Positions 8,452 through 16,007 of a DNA stretch of 20,000 nucleotides are shown here, one piece after another (the stretch's first letter is position 1; each line of letters begins with the position of its first letter). The position numbers and the translations under genes are program-made. The stretch lies in the IMG/VR virus record IMGVR_UViG_3300033075_001165, one strand, 5' to 3'. The stretch comes from an uncultured virus (IMG/VR IMGVR_UViG_3300033075_001165) (lineage: Duplodnaviria > Heunggongvirae > Uroviricota > Caudoviricetes). The notes under the pieces are model-generated. The model worked only from the letters and a program-made list of their open reading frames with translations, ran no database searches and was not told the origin of the DNA.

Positions 8452-9337
8452 TAGATAGTGTTTTTGTTTGATTTAAAGAATTATTTAATAACAAAGCGTC
8501 TACCTTATCAAAGTTGTTTTGCATTCCTTGTATGGTTAATCTGCAATAATAATCGCGGGTAGTTTGAATATCGGCGTGTCCTAAAAATTCACTTACGTAC
8601 ATATCAGAAGCGCCGTTATCAAGTAGGTGGGTGGCACGGGATGAGCGTAATATATGTGGATAAACTCTTTTATCTATTCCGCAAAGCTTGGCAGTGTTTT
8701 TAATAATATTTTCCACTGATTTAGCGGAATATTGCAATCTACCACCATCACCGTTAAATACATAAACGTGGGGGACAAAATCGGCTAAGTATTGGATAAG
8801 TAGTTCTTTTGTTTGTTCAGGGATTGTAATCACTCTGCTTTTACCATATTTGCTTCCTATTATTGTTATTCTTCTATCGTGGGATAAATGCTCTATTTTA
8901 AGATTAAGTAGTTCTCCGCGCCTTAAAGCGCCATAATAAAGCAAATTAATAATCGCCAGATGTTTTAAATAAATAGGGGCATTACACATAGCCATACATT
9001 CTTGATAACTTAAAATGTTAGGAGTTTTAAGGGGATTGTCGTGATATTCTAAGTTTTTACATTGAGTGTATTTGCCATTAATTTTATAAAGACGTTTTAT
9101 AGATGCTATGAATGAATTTATATAAGCTGGAGAATATTCTTGTTCTTTTAAATAAACAATATAATCTTCAAGTTTTTCTTGGTTGCACAGTAGCACTGAA
9201 ATAGAGTCAAATTTACCCCATTCCATAAACATTCCTATGTTGTTACAATAAGTTTTAGCAGTTTTGAAATTTCCACCAACTGCCAAAATCTTTCGACTAA
9301 ATTTTTTTAAAAATTCTTTATTTTCTTCTTGTAACAT
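8441..9337 (-). CDS. Tyrosine recombinase, putative cassette integrase of the integron-like system
   Basis: Catalytic set intact: LRRGE (R), SKYGKSR (K), HILR (HxxR), LGH, TTRDYY (Y). No IntI-type insertion between the K loop and YVF. Divergent from an attI-like site 45 bp upstream. Confidence 0.9.
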   Translation of the reverse strand: MLQEENKEFLKKFSRKILAVGGNFKTAKTYCNNIGMFMEWGKFDSISVLLCNQEKLEDYIVYLKEQEYSPAYINSFIASIKRLYKINGKYTQCKNLEYHDNPLKTPNILSYQECMAMCNAPIYLKHLAIINLLYYGALRRGELLNLKIEHLSHDRRITIIGSKYGKSRVITIPEQTKELLIQYLADFVPHVYVFNGDGGRLQYSAKSVENIIKNTAKLCGIDKRVYPHILRSSRATHLLDNGASDMYVSEFLGHADIQTTRDYYCRLTIQGMQNNFDKVDALLLNNSLNQTKTLSIAS

Positions 9338-9385
9338 ATTGATTGTTAATTTGTTTTTATATAGAATGCGTTAATAAGAGAGTTA
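9292..9385 (+). repeat. 94-bp direct repeat copy 1: integrase 5' end plus attI-like site (attI-1, crossover G|TT at 9382)
   Basis: 93/94 identical to 15448-15541 (single C/T at 9328 vs 15484); identity stops right after ...AGAGAGTTA. Confidence 0.92.
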
Positions 9386-9425
9386 TGTTCAATTTTATTT
9401 TATTAATTTTTAAAAGCCTACGCAC

Positions 9426-9773
9426 CTATGTTCGTGTATAGTCAATCCCTCTATCATCATAATCCCAATCACTATCAATAGTAAATTTATCAATCATTTC
9501 TGTTTGGTATTCTATTGATTTTTTCAGCCCCTCAATTTGCGTTTTAAGTCCTTTTACTTTCAACTCTCTTTGCTCTTTAATGTATTGTTTTGCTTCATCT
9601 AAACTTTTGAAATATTTATCTGAAACCATACTTAAACAAATTCGCCAATTGTATTCAGTTCCTCTGCTTCTCAACGCTCTAACAAATGCGTATCTGTCTG
9701 TCAGGTTTACGCAATCACGTTCCCATATTCTAACTAAATCATCTTTTACTACATACACTTTGAAAAATTCCAT
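9426..9773 (-). CDS. Cassette 1 hypothetical protein
   Basis: ATG at 9773 (MEFFKVY...) preferred; the upstream in-frame extension to 9818 runs through an inverted repeat. Confidence 0.7.
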   Translation of the reverse strand: MEFFKVYVVKDDLVRIWERDCVNLTDRYAFVRALRSRGTEYNWRICLSMVSDKYFKSLDEAKQYIKEQRELKVKGLKTQIEGLKKSIEYQTEMIDKFTIDSDWDYDDRGIDYTRT

Positions 9774-9834
9774 TTCCTTCGCTTTTTTAAAAATTAATAA
9801 AATAAAACTGCCACACACACTTGCCTACGCACCA

Positions 9835-9914
9835 ACATAACACAACCTAAAATCAAACCGCCATCACCAAACCGCTTATAAAGGCGGTCAGCTTTTAGCT
9901 TGATGCCGTTAGCG
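9835..9914 (+). other. attC-like site 1 (80 bp)
   Basis: ACATAAC-A-CAACCTAAAA..ACCGCC / GGCGGT..TTTTAGCTTG-ATGCC-GTTAGCG; AACATAAC complements GTTATGTT at 9382. Confidence 0.85.
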
Positions 9915-9920
9915 GTAATG

Positions 9921-10703
9921 CTAAAAACCGCATCGCTGACAAGCAATCTCATAATATTTAGGTTCTTTTTCAATCCCGATAAATTTACGGTTAAGTTCTT
10001 TTGCAGCCAAGCAAGTAGTTCCGCTTCCCATAGTGTTATCCATCACATTCATTCCTTCGTTAGTAAATGTACTAATCAACCACTTTAATAAACCTATTGG
10101 CTTTTCTGTTCTATGCTTTGCAATACTTGGATGTATTTTTTCAAAAGTCAATATACTTTTAGGGTGTTTCATATCACCAAGTATTTCTTTATTATCCACA
10201 AAATCAAACGCACCATAGTTATTATTGGCAGTTTGTTTTGGCTTCCCTTTACTGTGGTTTGGTTTTCCTTTTACTTTTTGTGGGTTGTAAATCGGCTGTT
10301 TTCTATAAAATACCATTATATCCTCGTGGCTTCGTAAAGGCATCCTGTTTGCGTTTAAAAATCCACTTGTAAGCACTTTGTCCCAAATCAAATTGTATTT
10401 ATGGTTTTTATCACTAAGCATCATTAATGCAGTAAACTTGTCCTGCCCAAATAAAACAATCGGAGCGTTTGGTTTTACAATTCGCCAATACTGTTCCCAT
10501 AAATTTTCAGGGTCAATCATTATATCATCTTTATTTTGCGTTACCTCATAAGGCAAATCGCAAAGCACCATATCAATACTATTATCAGGTATCAAAGGCA
10601 TAATATCCAAGCAATCGCCTTGAAATAAAGCACTACCGCTAACATCGGCTATATGCAATAGCGGGGTCGGTGCGTTCTTCAACATTTGTTCTACTATCAT
10701 CAT
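9921..10703 (-). CDS. Cassette 2: amino (m6A/m4C) DNA methyltransferase, beta class
   Basis: GDCLD, DLPY (motif IV) N-terminal; H.TEKP and DNTMGSGTT (motif I) C-terminal. Confidence 0.92.
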   Translation of the reverse strand: MMIVEQMLKNAPTPLLHIADVSGSALFQGDCLDIMPLIPDNSIDMVLCDLPYEVTQNKDDIMIDPENLWEQYWRIVKPNAPIVLFGQDKFTALMMLSDKNHKYNLIWDKVLTSGFLNANRMPLRSHEDIMVFYRKQPIYNPQKVKGKPNHSKGKPKQTANNNYGAFDFVDNKEILGDMKHPKSILTFEKIHPSIAKHRTEKPIGLLKWLISTFTNEGMNVMDNTMGSGTTCLAAKELNRKFIGIEKEPKYYEIACQRCGF

Positions 10704-10766
10704 TCGTTCTATATTTTAAGTTTTGTGTTTCAAATCCGCTACTGCACATAGCCGTAGTCGTTATAC
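10637..10766 (+). other. attC-like site 2 (130 bp)
   Basis: CGCTAAC-AT-CGGCTATATGCAATAGCGG / CCGCTACTGCACATAGCCG-TAGTC-GTTATAC; AGCACTACCGCTAAC complements the cassette start GTTAGCGGTAATGCT at 14/15. Confidence 0.9.
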
Positions 10767-10773
10767 ATCATTT

Positions 10774-10820
10774 TATACTACAAAGATAATAAAAGGTTAC
10801 AATATTTAATAACTTTATTT
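10774..10820 (-). promoter_or_regulatory. Bacteroidetes-type promoter pointing into array 1 and the integrase
   Basis: TATCTTTG at 10781-10788; about 45 bp aligns with the 8117-8162 promoter. Confidence 0.65.
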
Positions 10821-10852
10821 GTTAAATGTTTAAAACTTGGTTCATCCGCCGA

Positions 10853-12220
10853 TTAAAACGTTTCATTACTACCACTTGAAATACCCTCTGGAACGTAATC
10901 AGAGTACTTAGAATAGCGTCCGTCAAATCGGGCATATACAGGTCTGGGTGTAACATATCTGCTCTTACCAAGCCCTATTTCAACTACACCCTTTAAACTA
11001 TTGCCGTTTTCATCCACTGGATTCTTATCATAATATTCTGGGCGGTATAACAACAACACTAATATACCAACAGCCTCGATGCCTCCTGAGCCTTTTAAAT
11101 CGCTCATGCGAGGGCGAGGGGGCACACGTCTTTCAACATCGCGGGATAACTGAGATAATAGCACCATGCAAATATTGTATTTCTTAGCGATATTATTTAA
11201 TTGTTGACAACGCAAGTCTAATATCTGTTCATCTGATTTATTTTTTATTTCGTCAGGGGTATTGTTCATTAACTGCAAGTAATCTATAAAGCAAAGGATA
11301 GGGATAGTCATCGGCGTTTTTTTTCGCATCTTTCTAAATTTATTCTCCACATATTGCCAAGTTATACCCGCGGTATCATCTATCAACAGATTGTCTTTAA
11401 ATCGATTTCTTATTCCTTTAATGACGTTTATATCATCTTCGCCAGCGTTCCCGCTTCTAAGTGTAAAAGAATTGATTTCTGTGGCGTTTGATATGATGTT
11501 AGTCATAATCTCAATAGCTGGCATTTCAAGGCTAAAGAAAATAGTTGGCACTCTATCTTCAATAGCATTCTTTTTTAAGATGGTAACAAGAAACGCGGTT
11601 TTGCCCATTGCAGGGCGACCAGCGATTATATTAACCCCCTGCATTATGCCGCCAGTTTTTTCATCAAGTTCTTTTACTCCAAATGAATATCCAACTAAGG
11701 CTTTTTTATTTTCTTTAAGGTCAATTATCCTTTGTAAGGCTTCTTCAAAATATTCATCAATCTGTTTATCTTTAGATACATTATTTATTACCCCTTCAAT
11801 ATCTGTAATCTTGTTTTTAACCTTATCCAACACTTCTTGAACTTCACCATGTTCTGAACTAAAATCCGTATGAGCTTCATAGAGTACGGGTAACATTTTT
11901 CGGCGGACAAGATTATCAAATAGTATTTTCACCTTTGGCTCAGACTTAAGTGACGTGTTCATGTCAAATACAGCTTTGGAGCATAAATCTATTGATGTGT
12001 TTTTAGGATAACCAAGTTTTGTAAGTTCGTTTAAAAGAATAGAGAAATCGGTGGTAATGCTTTTTTGATGATTAAGCTTTATTATTTTATAAACCTGTTG
12101 TTTTATTTTAGAGGTAAAAATATGTTCTGAAACAAGGTGTTCGCAAGTTTCAAATAGGTCGGGCTTAGAACAGTATGTTCCAAGAATTTTATTTTCTATG
12201 TCATCAAGGTTACTGGTCAT
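10853..12220 (-). CDS. dnaB: Replicative DNA helicase, DnaB-like
   Basis: AGRPAMGKT, FFSLEM, IDYLQL, LLSQLSR, PRMSDLKGSGGIE motifs. Confidence 0.95.
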   Translation of the reverse strand: MTSNLDDIENKILGTYCSKPDLFETCEHLVSEHIFTSKIKQQVYKIIKLNHQKSITTDFSILLNELTKLGYPKNTSIDLCSKAVFDMNTSLKSEPKVKILFDNLVRRKMLPVLYEAHTDFSSEHGEVQEVLDKVKNKITDIEGVINNVSKDKQIDEYFEEALQRIIDLKENKKALVGYSFGVKELDEKTGGIMQGVNIIAGRPAMGKTAFLVTILKKNAIEDRVPTIFFSLEMPAIEIMTNIISNATEINSFTLRSGNAGEDDINVIKGIRNRFKDNLLIDDTAGITWQYVENKFRKMRKKTPMTIPILCFIDYLQLMNNTPDEIKNKSDEQILDLRCQQLNNIAKKYNICMVLLSQLSRDVERRVPPRPRMSDLKGSGGIEAVGILVLLLYRPEYYDKNPVDENGNSLKGVVEIGLGKSRYVTPRPVYARFDGRYSKYSDYVPEGISSGSNETF

Positions 12221-12765
12221 GATTTAAAATTTAAATAAGCAAATTCGCCAAAAAGTTCTTTGGCTTTTTTATCATAAGCTAAAGCTGCGTCTAATTCGTT
12301 TTTAAAACATCCTATGTGTATTTTTTTATTTTGAAATCCAATTGATGCAGTCCAAGAATAATATTCTTTTTTTATTCCGTGTTTAAGAGTGTGTTTTGTT
12401 TTTTTTAATGTAACTCCTTTGTAAATGGAGAATAGGTTTTTGTTAAACCCTCTATTAATATTGTTTTGAGAATGAGTTGCTATTCTTAAATTTATTTTCT
12501 GATTATTAACTCCGTTTCTATCGGCATGGTCTACAAATGTTTTTGGGTCTGTTAAATTCATTATAAACCTATGCATTTGCACCATTTGTCGTTTTCCAGT
12601 TAAATTATTTTTTATTCCCGCAGTAGCGTAAAAACAACTATCTCCCTTGATGGCATTCCAATTATACATATTTACTTTAAAAAAATCTTCGTCATCAACT
12701 TGAGCAAATTTTGGAGCGTCCTTGTGCTTGTTTTCTTTAAATTTGTTTAATTTTATTAATTTCAT
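12217..12765 (-). CDS. HNH homing endonuclease with C-terminal AP2 domain
   Basis: AQVDDED, MHRFIM, VDHADRNGVNNQKINLR; AP2-like W.ASI...IGCF..E.DAALAYD..A..LFGEFAYLNF. ATG at 12765 preferred over 12876. Confidence 0.9.
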   Translation of the reverse strand: MKLIKLNKFKENKHKDAPKFAQVDDEDFFKVNMYNWNAIKGDSCFYATAGIKNNLTGKRQMVQMHRFIMNLTDPKTFVDHADRNGVNNQKINLRIATHSQNNINRGFNKNLFSIYKGVTLKKTKHTLKHGIKKEYYSWTASIGFQNKKIHIGCFKNELDAALAYDKKAKELFGEFAYLNFKS

Positions 12766-12888
12766 ATTTAAAATGTTCCCTACTCCACTAAAGGCTACAC
12801 CGCTACCCTTATGGGTATTGGACAATAATGTTTCGGGAATATTTTTAATGTTTTTCATAGAACGATGTAGCGGCACAAAGATGCTAAA

Positions 12889-13254
12889 TTATTCTTTTTG
12901 AAAAAAATTATTTACTACTGAATTTTCTTTGTTATTAACAATTTTATTGACCTCAACAAACCAAACTCCCATCATTTTTTGTTTCCAGTTTTTCACTTGG
13001 TTTCCTTTAGAATCTTTCCATCCAGCTATGTCATAGTAATTAAAAGCCTTTTCTGCTGAAACTTCACTATACCCTTTCTCTTTAAAATAAGCTTTTACTT
13101 CTTCAAGTGTCGGTGGAATAAACTTAGGCTTCACTTTCTTATTATAAACACCAAGTTTAGTGAGTTGAATATTCCCATCTACTACTATATATTTAAAGAT
13201 AGTACCGTTCATTACGAACTCAGTTGATTCGGGGATTATAATAGGCTTGCTCAT
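12889..13254 (-). CDS. Replication initiator/replisome-organizer-like C-terminal domain protein
   Basis: FIPPTLEEV..YF...FNYY...GW.....VKNWK motif; upstream of DnaB. Confidence 0.65.
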   Translation of the reverse strand: MSKPIIIPESTEFVMNGTIFKYIVVDGNIQLTKLGVYNKKVKPKFIPPTLEEVKAYFKEKGYSEVSAEKAFNYYDIAGWKDSKGNQVKNWKQKMMGVWFVEVNKIVNNKENSVVNNFFQKE

Positions 13255-13601
13255 TACTCCTCAATTATAGGATTCTGAATAGTTACTTTGTTTTCTACTG
13301 GGGGTACTTGTTCTGCTAAATCACTTATAATACCTTTTTGCAACGATTTAAGCTCACTTATCAACCTTACTACATTATGCTTATGCGCTTTGTAATGCTC
13401 GTTGTAAAGAGGTCTATTGGATTCTTTTACTTTGTTTTGATAATCCAGTGTATTCTCAGCAACAATTTGAGCAAAAGAAACGGCGGCTAATGCGTTTTTG
13501 GTGGAATCAAGTTCGCTCATATCTTCGTCAAAAGAGATGCTAAATGTTTTGTCGTCATATTCTATTGAGAAATTTAGCGACCCTGTTAGTTTTTGTGTCA
13601 T
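13254..13601 (-). CDS. Hypothetical protein
   Basis: 115 aa, TAATG coupling with the next gene. Confidence 0.7.
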   Translation of the reverse strand: MTQKLTGSLNFSIEYDDKTFSISFDEDMSELDSTKNALAAVSFAQIVAENTLDYQNKVKESNRPLYNEHYKAHKHNVVRLISELKSLQKGIISDLAEQVPPVENKVTIQNPIIEE

Positions 13602-13602
13602 A

Positions 13603-15150
13603 TTATTTGGTTTTTCTATTGTTTATTTCATCAAATGCTTTTATTGCCTGTGCCTTACTTACAAATCCATCTACTTTATATCCCTTTATCCTTAATAAAT
13701 TTACCTGTGCCTCACTTGCTGGTTGAGATAAAAATATTTCATTAATCTGTTGTTTTGTGTAAGCTACATCTATAATATTAAATCCCCAATTTTTTATTGC
13801 ATTAAGCTGGGCTAAAGTTGCAGGCTCACTCATCTTAGGAGAAAGGTTTAGTTTAACACGGGGTAAAATTAATAAATTTACATGTTCATCTTTGTCTCTG
13901 TTAGTATCTATTTTTGTTAATCTTATTTCCCTGTCCTCAATTAATTTTTGTCTTTTTTCGGCTGATATAAAACATCTGTCTTGAGGTTCTTTTTCTTTTT
14001 CAATTTCGTGACAATTAATTAAATTATGTTTAGTGGTTAAATCGATAAAATCTAATACCGTCATTTTTTGACCAAATCTTCTAACGTAATTATCGTCTTT
14101 TAAACGAGTGCCGCGCCCTAATTGTTGAATGTATCGTGCCTTAGATTTAGTGGGTGCTACACATCCAATTATGCCAGTATTCGGCGCGTCAAAACCACAT
14201 GTTAAAATATTTACGTTTACTAAAACATCAATTTTACCTTCTTTGTATGCTTTAATTTTATGGCTTCTATCGCCAGTTAATTGTTCATCACTACTTACGG
14301 CTTCGGCATTCACACCTTTCATTTTGAATGATTCAACCAAGTCCAAAGCGTGTAAAATATCTACTGCAAAAAATATACCCTGTCTTCCATTACCATACTT
14401 AATATAAGAATCAGCCACCAAATTATTTCGAGACAAACAATTTACAGTTCCAGCTAATTCTTTTTGATTAAACTCCCCTCCTAATGTTTTTACTTTATCA
14501 AGACTAACGTTTGTTTTTACACGCACACAATCTATTTCACACAAATAACCTTCATCTATAGCTGTTTTAATTTCGTATTCGTAAACTTTCTCGGTAAATA
14601 AATTGCTGAGTTGTAATCCGTCAAGACGTTCGTCGGTTGCTGTTATACCGAGAAGTAATTTAGGGTTGAAATATTGGGCTGATTTAATGAATGTGGGACT
14701 CATAAAAAGATGAGCTTCGTCACATATAACAAATTCCATTTCATCAGGGTCAAATAGATGAAGGTTTCTGTGTAACGATTGAGCTGAACACATCACAATA
14801 TTACCATGTGTTTGTTTTACATCAGCCTTTACAAGTCCCATTTTAAATTCTCCGCCCGCAAAAACACCGCCATCTTTAATGTAATCAACAAATCCAAGCT
14901 CTTCTATGTGATTGGATAGGCTATCGTCAAAACGCTCTCTAATAAAGGCTAATGAGCTTTGGTCTATTAATTCTTCAGTATGGGTAATCCAAATTCCTCG
15001 TGTATAACCAAGCCTTTCAATTAGCTTAACAACTGAAAAAGTTTTACCACTTCCCACAGGTAACACCGCAAGTTGTTTATCGGAGCCTCTGTTTAGAGCT
15101 TCAATAACCGCTTCGTGAAACGTATGTTGATATGGGCGGATAGTTTTCAA
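13603..15150 (-). CDS. Superfamily 2 (DEAH) DNA helicase
   Basis: RPYQ, PVGSGKT, CDEAH, GITAT, GFDAP, QQLGRGTR; TTG start abutting the upstream stop. Confidence 0.93.
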   Translation of the reverse strand: MKTIRPYQHTFHEAVIEALNRGSDKQLAVLPVGSGKTFSVVKLIERLGYTRGIWITHTEELIDQSSLAFIRERFDDSLSNHIEELGFVDYIKDGGVFAGGEFKMGLVKADVKQTHGNIVMCSAQSLHRNLHLFDPDEMEFVICDEAHLFMSPTFIKSAQYFNPKLLLGITATDERLDGLQLSNLFTEKVYEYEIKTAIDEGYLCEIDCVRVKTNVSLDKVKTLGGEFNQKELAGTVNCLSRNNLVADSYIKYGNGRQGIFFAVDILHALDLVESFKMKGVNAEAVSSDEQLTGDRSHKIKAYKEGKIDVLVNVNILTCGFDAPNTGIIGCVAPTKSKARYIQQLGRGTRLKDDNYVRRFGQKMTVLDFIDLTTKHNLINCHEIEKEKEPQDRCFISAEKRQKLIEDREIRLTKIDTNRDKDEHVNLLILPRVKLNLSPKMSEPATLAQLNAIKNWGFNIIDVAYTKQQINEIFLSQPASEAQVNLLRIKGYKVDGFVSKAQAIKAFDEINNRKTK

Positions 15151-15423
15151 TTATACTTTAAACTCAATAGGTGAAACATTAATTGACACTATAATTTCTT
15201 CTTTTTGTAATTGTGATAAGAAAGCATTTACTAAATGTGTCTTGTATGTGTTATGGTTTTTGTTTGATAATTTCCAGCATTTCTTTTTTACATCCATCGG
15301 CAGTTCAATTTTCTTCACTTCTTCTATCCAATCATAAATAAGATGCCCGCTTGAGCAAGTTCCATGTTCATAGAATGATTTTAATCCATGTGCGATTAAT
15401 TGTGTCCGCCAATCAATTTTCAT
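15151..15423 (-). CDS. Hypothetical protein
   Basis: 90 aa, abuts the helicase start. Confidence 0.65.
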   Translation of the reverse strand: MKIDWRTQLIAHGLKSFYEHGTCSSGHLIYDWIEEVKKIELPMDVKKKCWKLSNKNHNTYKTHLVNAFLSQLQKEEIIVSINVSPIEFKV

Positions 15424-15493
15424 TTATTAGACAAATCATTGTTTTTGTTCGACTAAATTTTTTTAAAAATTCTTTATTTTCTTTTTGTAACAT
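15413..15493 (-). pseudogene. Integrase N-terminal remnant (26-aa ORF MLQKENKEFLKKFSRTKTMICLINEN)
   Basis: First 15 codons match the integrase start (one E>K change); the stop overlaps the start region of 15151-15423. Confidence 0.7.
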
Positions 15494-15541
15494 ATTGATT
15501 GTTAATTTGTTTTTATATAGAATGCGTTAATAAGAGAGTTA
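15448..15541 (+). repeat. 94-bp direct repeat copy 2: attI-like site 2 (crossover G|TT at 15538)
   Basis: 93/94 identical to 9292-9385; diverges after GTTA into cassette 3. Confidence 0.92.
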
Positions 15542-15550
15542 GCGGTAATA

Positions 15551-15937
15551 CTAATACAAGTCCTCCGAGAATAATCTGTTACCTCTAATTTCTTTAATAT
15601 CCATTACCTGATTTTCTCTCAATGCAATAATTAGTGCTTCTTCACGGCTTACAAATCTGTTTTTAGAAGTAAGAAAGCCTTGTTCATTTTCTCCGCTTTC
15701 AGCATCTCGCAAACCAGTTACAGCACATTTGGTATAAATACATTGCCCGTGTCTATGTCCGCTAAATACTAATCCTGTTGGGCAGTTTTTGGGGTTTGTG
15801 CTTTCAAATGGTATTTCCTTTTTAATCGGAATTTCTTTATACCAAACAGCAGCACATATTATTCGCTCCGAACCCGTACTACCGCTAACAGCACATAGGC
15901 AAAAAAGCCGTTTCAGTTTCATAAGAATATTTTTCAT
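15551..15937 (-). CDS. Cassette 3 hypothetical phage protein
   Basis: IICAA.W...G.RH..C...QGFLTSKNRFVSREEA..IA...Q....LFSEDLY resembles a conserved phage family; candidate starts (15946/15937/15922) all lie inside attC3. Confidence 0.8.
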   Translation of the reverse strand: MKNILMKLKRLFCLCAVSGSTGSERIICAAVWYKEIPIKKEIPFESTNPKNCPTGLVFSGHRHGQCIYTKCAVTGLRDAESGENEQGFLTSKNRFVSREEALIIALRENQVMDIKEIRGNRLFSEDLY

Positions 15938-16007
15938 AAGTATCAAATTTATCGTTTCAAATTAAGTTTTCGTTACGGCTTCTTCGCCTATCTGCAAAAC
16001 GTTAGCA
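15883..16007 (+). other. attC-like site 3 (125 bp)
   Basis: CGCTAAC-A-GCACATAGGCAAAAAAGCCGT / ACGGCTTCTTCGCCTATCTGC-AAAAC-GTTAGCA; left flank complements the cassette start at 13/14. Confidence 0.9.

Larger units (their letters stand above)
9383..10760 (+). mobile_element. Cassette array 1: cassette 1 (9383-9908) and cassette 2 (9909-10760)
   Basis: Each unit starts at a GTT, holds one ORF and ends in an attC-like palindrome whose left box complements the unit's start. Confidence 0.88.

Noticed and set aside
11391..11840. Plus-strand ORFs opposite the minus-strand genes (also 14129-14407, 17943-18494, 7175-7498) and minus-strand 1185-1562
   Set aside because: Antisense shadows of well-supported genes, with no motifs and atypical composition.
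15001..15008. TGTATAAC complementary to GTTATACA at the end of array 1, suggesting a giant cassette
   Set aside because: It lies inside the helicase ORF with no palindromic arms or CGTTA box after it; an 8-bp chance match.
9292..15541. 94-bp repeat as attL/attR of an inserted prophage or a transposon target duplication
   Set aside because: It includes the integrase start codon, the integrase body lies outside the bracketed segment, and both copies end at a GTT followed by cassettes.
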